From the NCBI GenBank assembly GCA_016839705.1, contig JAEOTR010000015.1, positions 1 to 10,486 on the forward strand: a stretch of 10,486 nucleotides of DNA, given 5' to 3'. Each line of letters opens with the position of its first letter. The stretch's first letter is position 1. Origin of the DNA: Promethearchaeota archaeon. Its GTDB lineage: Archaea; Asgardarchaeota; Lokiarchaeia; Sigyniarchaeales; SOKP01. Below the pieces are notes generated by a model. The model had not been told where the DNA came from and did not search any database. It worked only from the letters and a program-made list of their open reading frames with translations. A program made the position numbers and the translations under genes. Positions 1 through 7,176 of this stretch are shown one piece after another.

Positions 1-2205
1 ATAGATAGTATCGATTCACCATCGTCTGGAATATGGGTTAATAACGTCCCTCCAAGTTATAGTCTTTCCATTACGGAAGCGAATTTAGATGAGATCTGGT
101 ATACCCTTGATGGAGGTGTAAATAACTATACCGGAGCATTAAGCGACACGATTGATTCTACAGCCTGGAGTAATGCAGGTCAAGGAAGCGTTACGATAAT
201 ATTTTATGTAAACGATTCTGCTGGTAATTGGGACTCTGATACCGTACAAATTAATAAAGATACAATTGATCCTTCGATAGATAATATCGACTCACCTTCT
301 TCTGGCTCTAATCATTCAACACCACCAAGCTATAGTCTTTCCATTACCGAAGCGAATTTGGATGAGATTTGGTATACCCTTGATGGAGGTGTAAACAACT
401 ACACGGGAGCATTGAGTGGAACGATCAACTCTATAGCCTGGGGTAATGCAGGTTTAGGCGCCGTTACGATTACATTCTTTATAAATGATTCTGTGGGTAA
501 GTGGGATTCGGCGAGTGTGGGAGTGATAAAAACTTCAGATTTATCAATTTCTATTAATTCTCCTACTACTGCCGAATGGTTTAGATTCATTCCTGATTAC
601 GATGTTTTTGTGAGTGGAAATGATCGGGATTCCATATGGTACACGCTTGATAATGGTCTTAACAATTTTACTGTTACTAGTAATGCTCATTTATCAAGTA
701 CCTGGTTTGGAGTATTAGATTCTACAGCATGGAACAATGCTGGTCAGGGTTCTATTACTATTATATTTTATTTAAACGATACATTTGGCATTACATTATC
801 TGATACCGTACAAATTAATAAAGATACGATTGATCCTTCAATAGATAGTATCGGTTCACCATCGCCTGGAGCATGGTTTAATAACAATCCTCCAGGTTAT
901 AGTCTTACCATTACTGAGGCGAATTTAGGTGAGATCTGGTACACGCTTGATGGTGGTGTAAACAACTACACGGGAGCATTGAGCGGAACGATCGATTCTA
1001 CAGCCTGGAGTAATGCAGCTCAAGGAGCAGTTACGATTACATTTTATGTAAAAGATTTCGCGGGTAACTGGGACTCTGATACCGTACAAATTAATAAAGA
1101 TACAATTGATCCTTCAATAGATAGTATCGATTCACCATCGTCTGGAATATGGTTTAATAACATCCCTCCAAGTTATAGCCTTACCATCACCGAGGTGAAT
1201 TTAGGTGAGATCTGGTACACACTTGATGGAGGTTTAAACAACTACACAGGAGCGATGAGTGGAACGATCGACTCTACGGCATGGAGTAATGCGGGTCAAG
1301 GTGCTGTTACAATTACATTTTATGTAAATGATTCCGCGGGTAACTGGCACTCTGCAAGTGTAGGAATTAACAGAGATACAATTGCTCCTACTATTACTAT
1401 TATAGAACCAAATAATTATGATCTATTCGGGATTACACCTCCAAACATTACTATTAATATTAATGATCCCAATTTGGACGTGAGTTGGTATCAATTGGAT
1501 AATGGAACAATTATTACACTCAATTATACATGGGCAGGACTTATCGTTCAGAGTGTATGGGACCAAGTCGGTAATGGAACTGTAATAATTCGATTCTATG
1601 CTAATGACACATTAGGTAATTTAAGAACTGCAGATGTTATAGTTTATAAGGATATCTTTCTTCCTTTAGTAATGATTAATACTCCTAACTCAGACGATGT
1701 ATGTAATGGTACAGCACCTAGTTTTATTGTTAGTATAAGTGGAAGTAATCTAGATACAAGTTGGTATACCTTAGATGATGGATTAGTAAATTATACATTT
1801 ACAGGGTTAACTGGGACTATAAATCAATCGGCATGGGACGCCCAAGGGGATGGCACCATAACGATTAAATTCTATATAAATAATACCCTTGGAGTCATAG
1901 GATTTGATGAGATAACCGTCATAAAGGACACTTTAGCACCTCAAATTACAATAAATCTTCCATTGAATAATACCTATTGTGGAGCAGCCCCGATTATCAA
2001 TGTACTAGCAACTGATGCAAATCTTGATGTTATTTGGTATAAAGTTAATACAATCAATATAGTATTAGGAAATAACATAAATGAGCAAATTGATAGTTTG
2101 ATTTGGAATAGTTTGCCAGAAGGAGAATTTTATGTCTACATTTATGCAAATGACAGTGTCAGTCATTTGAGTGACCCTGTTATTTTAATCTTATATAAAG
2201 ACACA
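1..2205 (+). repeat. Intragenic tandem repeat, 8 units of ~270-300 bp (Ig-like domains)
   Basis: The conserved Trp codon of the WY motif lies at 97, 370, 637, 937, 1213, 1486, 1762 and 2035 (spacings 273, 267, 300, 276, 273, 276, 273). Units starting at 1, 277, 841 and 1117 are highly similar at DNA level; 229-275 and 1069-1115 are identical over 47 bp. Confidence 0.93.
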
Positions 2206-3693
2206 ATAGCACCCTCAGCTCCGATATTCATAAGTTTTCCCCAAGGAGAAGTAAGTGGTACTTTAATATTCGAATGGCAAGAAGGCTCAGATCCTTCTGG
2301 GATATTAAAATATAGATTGATTATAGATAATGAAGCAAATCCTTTTGCTACACCAGGATTCGTGTTTGAAGTAAACATAACTGGCAGTTATTATGAATAT
2401 ACGGGAACTCTCCAACCAGGAACTTATCATTTCTTTTTGTATCAGATTGATGGTGCAGGTCATCAAAGTCCAGCATCAACAGGGAGTTTCTCTATAATTT
2501 CGACTTCTCTACCTTCTCAACCATCAGAATTTCCCTTATGGATTATTTTTGTCATAATAGGGGCTGCTGTTGGTGGGGTAGTTGGAATTGTAGTTCTAAA
2601 GAAATCAAAAAGTAAAGAAGTAATACCCACTCAAATCTCAGAAAAGATGCCTGCACCTAAACCTAAGTTAGAAATTCATGAAGAATTAAAACTAATGGAT
2701 TATGAAGCACTCAAAGATAAGAGTCACGGAGAATTAAAAAACAGAAATAAAGAGTTACTCGGGTATATTAAATATTTAGAAGAAAATAAAGATTATATAA
2801 AGGCAGCAGAATTCGCAGGAGAATTGATTATAATTGAAGATATTCTTGGTAACTCCCAAGAGGTAAAATTATACCGTCAAAAACAAATCGATATTGCAAT
2901 TAAAGGTCTTGAATATTTAAAAGATCAGTATGAGGTTGAGTCTAAAAATGCTGCAATATCAGGAGATTATTCAAAAGCACTTGATTTATATAATGAAAGT
3001 AAGTTAATCTCTGAAAATCTTAAAGTATACATTGGAAATCAAGAATCTTCTAACACTGAAGAAGAAGCTATTCTGGAAGTGAAAGAACCACAATTGTTAA
3101 TTGGGGAGATAGAAATCGTTTATTCCTGTATTAATGATTTATTAACCAAATATTTTGATGATATTGGAATTAAATATTACTCCAATCCTCAAATATATGA
3201 TGATGTTCAAAACCAGATCCATGGCTTGATTCTTACTGATAATAAATTATTGATTGCAGATATAGATCCCTCGATTAGAGATAAAATCAAATCAATTCAA
3301 ATAATTTTCACTAAGGATGTATCTAATGAAAATATTATCAAATTGAGTAATAATTTCCTGAATCCAGAGGTGGTATTAATAATTGTCGGTATTGAATGGT
3401 CTAAAAATATTGAAGCACAAACAATTGAAATCCTACCAAATAGAGGAATTAATCATCAAGAAAATATTAGAATTATTCATTACGAGTTATTTTCCTCATT
3501 AATTGGGTTAAAAGATAATTATGAGATCGCATTCAATGAAATTATTAATTTGTATTATAAATCACAATTAGATGTCTTGCGAGAGACTCATGAATCAAGT
3601 GAGATAATCATTCATAGTACTGATGAGTTACTCTATGATCTCAAAGAAAAAGGTTTAATTAAGCAAAAGTTGCAAGAATATTTTCATAGATAG
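1..3693 (+). CDS. Large single-pass membrane/surface glycoprotein with tandem Ig-like repeats, FN3-like domain, TM helix and large cytoplasmic region (5' end outside window)
   Basis: The frame of the listed 358..3693 ORF is open back to base 1 (IDSIDSPSSGIWVNNVPPSYSLSITEANLDEIWYTLDGG...), so TTG at 358 is an internal Leu. Beta-rich repeats with WYxLD and F-Y-x-N-D-x-x-G-N motifs; many N-x-S/T sequons (NYT, NDS, NGT, NIT); S/P-rich linker; hydrophobic helix FPLWIIFVIIGAAVGGVVGIVVL (2530-2598) followed by KKSKSK; charged helical C-terminal part; stop TAG 3691-3693. Confidence 0.92.
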   Translation: MDSIDSPSSGIWVNNVPPSYSLSITEANLDEIWYTLDGGVNNYTGALSDTIDSTAWSNAGQGSVTIIFYVNDSAGNWDSDTVQINKDTIDPSIDNIDSPSSGSNHSTPPSYSLSITEANLDEIWYTLDGGVNNYTGALSGTINSIAWGNAGLGAVTITFFINDSVGKWDSASVGVIKTSDLSISINSPTTAEWFRFIPDYDVFVSGNDRDSIWYTLDNGLNNFTVTSNAHLSSTWFGVLDSTAWNNAGQGSITIIFYLNDTFGITLSDTVQINKDTIDPSIDSIGSPSPGAWFNNNPPGYSLTITEANLGEIWYTLDGGVNNYTGALSGTIDSTAWSNAAQGAVTITFYVKDFAGNWDSDTVQINKDTIDPSIDSIDSPSSGIWFNNIPPSYSLTITEVNLGEIWYTLDGGLNNYTGAMSGTIDSTAWSNAGQGAVTITFYVNDSAGNWHSASVGINRDTIAPTITIIEPNNYDLFGITPPNITININDPNLDVSWYQLDNGTIITLNYTWAGLIVQSVWDQVGNGTVIIRFYANDTLGNLRTADVIVYKDIFLPLVMINTPNSDDVCNGTAPSFIVSISGSNLDTSWYTLDDGLVNYTFTGLTGTINQSAWDAQGDGTITIKFYINNTLGVIGFDEITVIKDTLAPQITINLPLNNTYCGAAPIINVLATDANLDVIWYKVNTINIVLGNNINEQIDSLIWNSLPEGEFYVYIYANDSVSHLSDPVILILYKDTIAPSAPIFISFPQGEVSGTLIFEWQEGSDPSGILKYRLIIDNEANPFATPGFVFEVNITGSYYEYTGTLQPGTYHFFLYQIDGAGHQSPASTGSFSIISTSLPSQPSEFPLWIIFVIIGAAVGGVVGIVVLKKSKSKEVIPTQISEKMPAPKPKLEIHEELKLMDYEALKDKSHGELKNRNKELLGYIKYLEENKDYIKAAEFAGELIIIEDILGNSQEVKLYRQKQIDIAIKGLEYLKDQYEVESKNAAISGDYSKALDLYNESKLISENLKVYIGNQESSNTEEEAILEVKEPQLLIGEIEIVYSCINDLLTKYFDDIGIKYYSNPQIYDDVQNQIHGLILTDNKLLIADIDPSIRDKIKSIQIIFTKDVSNENIIKLSNNFLNPEVVLIIVGIEWSKNIEAQTIEILPNRGINHQENIRIIHYELFSSLIGLKDNYEIAFNEIINLYYKSQLDVLRETHESSEIIIHSTDELLYDLKEKGLIKQKLQEYFHR

Positions 3694-3699
3694 ATTTAA

Positions 3700-3733
3700 C
3701 AAAAAAAAAAATTAATACCAACTCTTTTTTTTG
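3700..3733. terminator. Probable bidirectional oligo-T terminator between convergent genes
   Basis: A11 at 3701-3711 (T11 on the minus strand) and T8 at 3725-3732 in the 41-bp gap between two convergent stop codons. Oligo-T tracts are the usual archaeal intrinsic terminators. Confidence 0.6.
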
Positions 3734-3734
3734 C

Positions 3735-5282
3735 CTAAAGGTTCATGATGGTATTGAACATAACTTCTAACTGTTTATATAATTCTAATCGAAATTCAGA
3801 ATCAATTTTAGATATAAAATACGATATTTGCTTTTCTTCTAATTTCGTATAAAAATTAAACTCACCCATCATTTTTGACCAGTTAGCGTTTTTCCTTGCT
3901 ATTACACCAATTAAGATTACTGTGTTATCCTTGAGCGTTTCTATGATTTTCAATATTACATTATTCCATTGAGGGTCAATAGAATCTCTATTCTTACTAT
4001 CAAAAATAATAAAAACTCCATCAGAATCAGATACTTTCAAAGAATCGAAGTTATAACTTTCCAAGATTAATCCTTTTGAAGATTTATAGATCGCTTTATC
4101 TTTCTTTTTTTTTATTGAAGACAGTTCTAAATCTTTTATCTCTCTTAAAAGGTTTAAAGCGGGATTGTTCATGTTATCTATTGAAATAAATGCTATTGAA
4201 AGGGTATTTCTATTTTCCAGGATTGAATTAATTTCTGTTAAAATTCTATTTTTTAAGTTATTTTCTTCAAATTCTTTGCTTAAAATAATATAATGATAGG
4301 ATACAATCCCAAAAGCTTGTTCAATATTCTCTCCGGTTAAAGCACTTGTTTCGATATATGAAATTTTTCTATTATATTTTTCAGATAACATTTCTGCTAA
4401 GGTATCCGCCTCTTCACGTTCAATTTCTCTTTCCTGTTCTAAATCCTGTTTATTTCCAACAATTACTACTGATATATCATGTTCTTTAAATTCATCTAAT
4501 TCATTAAACCAATTACTTACATTATAAAAGGAATCTTGGTTTGTTAAATCAAAAACTATGAACGCAGCTTGTGCCCCCTTATAGTAGACCTTTCGATATC
4601 TTTTAAAATATTGTTGAGCTCCTATATCCCAAAGAAAGAGGCTAATTTCATTACCAAAAAATTCAAAATTATGAGATAATACATTCAATCCTATAGTAGT
4701 ACGATAATCTGCTAAAAATCTCCCTTCCACAAACCTTCGTAAGATTGAGGTTTTACCAACTTCATGGTCACCAATAACAATAAATTTAAATCTATATTCT
4801 CCACCAGGTTCTAATCCAACTTGATAAAGTAGATTATCACTTCCATAATATCCTTCTGTTTTAAAATCAAAATTAGGAATTGAAACCTCAATTAAATCTT
4901 CTATAGTCGCAACGAGAATCTGAGCCACTTTTTCCGCAAGAAAATACGCATATGGTGCTATTTTATCAATTGAACCAAGATTTTCAATGACTAAACTTAA
5001 GGTTATATCTTCAGTTATAGAAATAAATAAAATTCGGTTTTTTTCAGTATCAAAGCTTGCGGTTCCAAATTTCTTATACGAAAATTCATCACGAAATCTT
5101 TCTATAACAGGGCTAACTATCGCAGTCATTATCGAAATTAATTCCATATCCACATCTATTCTTCTTTCACCGGAAATTATCAAACCATCCTGATCAGAAA
5201 CGATTATGGCTTCAACTTCCTTATTTATTTTTAAGAAATTTGTAAAGAGTTCAGTTAGCAATTTATTTCTATTTATTGACAA
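3735..5282 (-). CDS. Roadblock/LC7 domain - Rab/Ras-like small GTPase - degenerate GTPase-like C-terminal domain fusion
   Basis: N-terminal VEAIIVSDQDGLII...MELISIMTAIV (Roadblock/LC7 pattern). G1 GDHEVGKTS (4746-4772), G2 YRTTIG, G3 WDIGAQ (4614-4631), Rab-like YYKGAQAAFIVFD, G4 NKQD (4443-4454), G5 ETSAL (4338-4352). TTG start with GAGGT 7 nt upstream. No C-terminal prenylation Cys. Confidence 0.92.
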   Translation of the reverse strand: MSINRNKLLTELFTNFLKINKEVEAIIVSDQDGLIISGERRIDVDMELISIMTAIVSPVIERFRDEFSYKKFGTASFDTEKNRILFISITEDITLSLVIENLGSIDKIAPYAYFLAEKVAQILVATIEDLIEVSIPNFDFKTEGYYGSDNLLYQVGLEPGGEYRFKFIVIGDHEVGKTSILRRFVEGRFLADYRTTIGLNVLSHNFEFFGNEISLFLWDIGAQQYFKRYRKVYYKGAQAAFIVFDLTNQDSFYNVSNWFNELDEFKEHDISVVIVGNKQDLEQEREIEREEADTLAEMLSEKYNRKISYIETSALTGENIEQAFGIVSYHYIILSKEFEENNLKNRILTEINSILENRNTLSIAFISIDNMNNPALNLLREIKDLELSSIKKKKDKAIYKSSKGLILESYNFDSLKVSDSDGVFIIFDSKNRDSIDPQWNNVILKIIETLKDNTVILIGVIARKNANWSKMMGEFNFYTKLEEKQISYFISKIDSEFRLELYKQLEVMFNTIMNL

Positions 5283-5294
5283 GAGGTAAACCTC
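5283..5294 (-). promoter_or_regulatory. Shine-Dalgarno-like GAGGT within a small palindrome directly before the TTG start
   Basis: The minus strand reads GAGGT-TT-ACCTC-TTG. Confidence 0.45.
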
Positions 5295-5453
5295 GAAAGA
5301 GAATGATTAAAGATATCAATAATTATAAGTTATGGTTTAGTTGGTTGTTTGATATTTATATAATCAAATACTAATATAAATGTGATTTAATCTTTGATAA
5401 TTTCAAATATTAAGGTTCAAATGTTTCAGTTTTCAATTTTTTGATTTAATTTT

Positions 5454-5654
5454 TTAAAGCAAAATAAAGAGACTTACTCCCCCAAATAAAATGCCTATAA
5501 CCAACAATTCTTCGTGCATAAACGCAATGAATATTATCCCGATTGTCATAATTAATATAAATACAAAGAGCATTACGACTTTTACAAATCTCCCCGCGGG
5601 AATCCATTCTTTGTATACTACCTCTTCATTTTTTTGGATTTCATTTTCATTCAT
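5454..5654 (-). pseudogene. Small two-TM membrane protein (66 aa), probably a 3'-truncated remnant
   Basis: GGTGA (5667-5663) lies 8 nt before ATG 5654, favouring this start over TTG 5669. Protein MNENEIQKNEEVVYKEWIPAGRFVKVVMLFVF... has two hydrophobic helices and stops at the end of the second (…SLFILL*) with no polar tail. An intact small protein cannot be excluded. Confidence 0.5.
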
Positions 5655-5718
5655 TATTCTTATCACCAATTTAATTTTCTGCCTTTCACCATGTTAACTG
5701 TAATAAATATGAGGTTTA

Positions 5719-5740
5719 AATTTTTTTTCTAAAAAAAATT
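5719..5740 (-). terminator. T-tract/inverted repeat downstream of the Roadblock gene
   Basis: AATTTTTTTT-CT-AAAAAAAATT perfect inverted repeat, giving T8 on the minus strand about 30 nt after the stop at 5769. Confidence 0.45.
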
Positions 5741-5768
5741 CCTAAATAAATGTTAAAAACATTTAAAA

Positions 5769-6182
5769 TCAACGTGAGAATAATTCTGTAATCATTTCAC
5801 AAATTTGTTCACACTCAAAAATAAATAATTTAAGTTTAATATCAATAGCAGTGGAAACCATAAAAATTACACTTGATCCCGCCTGAAAAATAAATAAATA
5901 ACCCTCTTTTCCTTTAATAAAAAGTTCTCTAAATTCGCCTAGTATCATATCGTCAAGAGCCATATTTGATAAAGAAAATAACGTTGCTGCCATCGTAGAT
6001 ATTTTTACTACATCTAACCGATGAGAAATAGTAGAAATAATTGGAAGGCCCTCATTTGTTACAATGGCAGCAGCATTACTTTTTGGATTTCTATTTAAAA
6101 ACGAGTTCAGTAATATTTTTAAATTTTTCTTAACATCCTCCTCCTTATCCTTGCCCTCTTCAAAAAATTCGTTCAATTCCAT
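5769..6182 (-). CDS. Stand-alone Roadblock/LC7 (MglB-like) domain protein
   Basis: 137 aa with AAAIVTNEGLPII, KISTMAATLFSLSNMALDDM and GEFRELFIKGKEGYLFIFQAG, the typical Roadblock/LC7 pattern. Confidence 0.9.
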   Translation of the reverse strand: MELNEFFEEGKDKEEDVKKNLKILLNSFLNRNPKSNAAAIVTNEGLPIISTISHRLDVVKISTMAATLFSLSNMALDDMILGEFRELFIKGKEGYLFIFQAGSSVIFMVSTAIDIKLKLFIFECEQICEMITELFSR

Positions 6183-6504
6183 AATTTAATTTAATAATTT
6201 CAAAATCTAAAAATACCTTATAACATTGTTATCTCTTTCTGATTTATATTTAAATCCATCTATAAAAACTTTGAAGGATTATTTTCTCAGAATTTATTTT
6301 CCATTAAAGATTGTAATGAATTTCTATTATAAATTTAATGAACTCAAAGTCTTTGGTATAAAATTTAAGTTTTTGCAAGAAAATCCTGTTTTAATCCTAA
6401 ATCTGCAGAATTTCGCACTTATCTCTTTTGAATTTACATCTTTTATTAGTATTAGAGTTTTTGTTGCATCATCTTTGAGTTTGGAAAAATTTGATAAATT
6501 ATCG

Positions 6505-6537
6505 AAAAAAAGAAAAAGAAAATTTAAAAAAAATTTT
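6505..6537 (-). terminator. Oligo-T tracts after the stop of the gene remnant at 6561
   Basis: Several T runs on the minus strand (A runs on plus) 25-55 nt downstream of TAG 6561-6563. Confidence 0.35.
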
Positions 6538-6560
6538 GGAAATTTTATCTATAGTTATTT

Positions 6561-6755
6561 CTACTTCTTGTGTATCTTTATACTCCCACCACCGATAGCA
6601 GTTTCCGGTTTGTTATCGTATATAACAAATTCATCACCATCTACTTCGTCTTCTTCCCATATCTTAATGCTGAACTTATCGGTACCATCACTAGTGATTT
6701 CTCCGTCAATTGTGGTGAGTATGAACTTGTACGACCCTTCACCATTAATAGCTAT
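6561..6755 (-). pseudogene. 3' fragment of a secreted-protein C-terminal beta domain (of the kind found after PKD domains); not in the ORF track
   Basis: Start-less minus frame translates IAINGEGSYKFILTTIDGEITSDGTDKFSIKIWEEDEVDGDEFVIYDNKPETAIGGGSIKIHKK*. It matches from memory the recurrent terminal pattern INGxGxYxF...D.FRIKIW...YDN...GGGSIxIH. An in-frame TAA lies at 6774-6776 and there is no start codon before the motif. Confidence 0.7.
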
Positions 6756-7171
6756 GGGGGTGGTAGTGGTGGATTATATGTATTTGTATCATCATCCCAA
6801 ACAGTATCAATACCTAAATCTAATCTATCTCCGTTAGGAAGGTTACTGATGAAATCATTATAAAAGAACTCATTGCCAATGCAAGTTTTCATGCTATGGT
6901 AGAGATCCCAATCAATCAAGACTCCCCATCCATTCTCTTTAATTATATTATTGGATATATAATTATAGTTAGCAGTATTATTGAGGTAGATACCAATATT
7001 GTTTTCAGAAATGACATTTTCACTTAGCATGTTGTTTTTTCCATTATCAACAATAGAGATCCCAGTAACATAGTTTTTAATGCATTTATTTTCAATTATA
7101 GAATTTGCATAAGAACCATCTCCAATAACAATTCCTGTAACGATGTTCTCTATATAGGTGTTTTTAACAGT
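6752..7171 (-). pseudogene. Right-handed parallel beta-helix (NosD/CASH-like) protein fragment, 5'-truncated
   Basis: The frame of listed ORF 6752..7030 is open upstream to a TGA at 7172-7174, adding TVKNTYIENIVTGIVIGDGSYANSIIENKCIKNYVTGISIVDNGKNN. It shows ~22-23-aa repeats of N-x-I-x-x-N...G-I-x-(I/L). Repeats begin abruptly with no start codon or signal peptide. Confidence 0.72.
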
Positions 7172-7176
7172 TCATA

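Noticed and set aside
358-360. TTG start of the 1111-aa ORF
   Set aside because: The frame is open to base 1 with the same repeat sequence, so this is an internal Leu.
399-590. 63-aa minus ORF
   Set aside because: Antisense shadow of the repeat gene.
1-1392. Repeats as a CRISPR array or DGR template/variable pair
   Set aside because: Units are ~276 bp, in frame and protein-coding; there are no spacers, differences are not adenine-specific, and no reverse transcriptase is in the window.
2163-2378. 71-aa minus ORF
   Set aside because: Antisense shadow inside the surface protein gene.
4987-5193. 68-aa plus ORF
   Set aside because: Antisense to the Roadblock domain.
5491-5697. 68-aa plus ORF
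   Set aside because: Antisense to the membrane-protein ORF, which has the better SD and protein-like pattern.
6752-6764. Programmed frameshift joining the two remnants
   Set aside because: No canonical slippery heptamer, the upstream fragment lacks a proper 5' end, and the downstream domain appears to lack its first half.
6226-6837. 203-aa plus ORF
   Set aside because: Low-complexity F/K/S-rich translation running across A-tracts; its 3' half is the antisense shadow of recognisable minus-strand fragments.
6570-6863. 97-aa plus ORF
   Set aside because: Shadow of the minus-strand remnants, with no recognisable motif.
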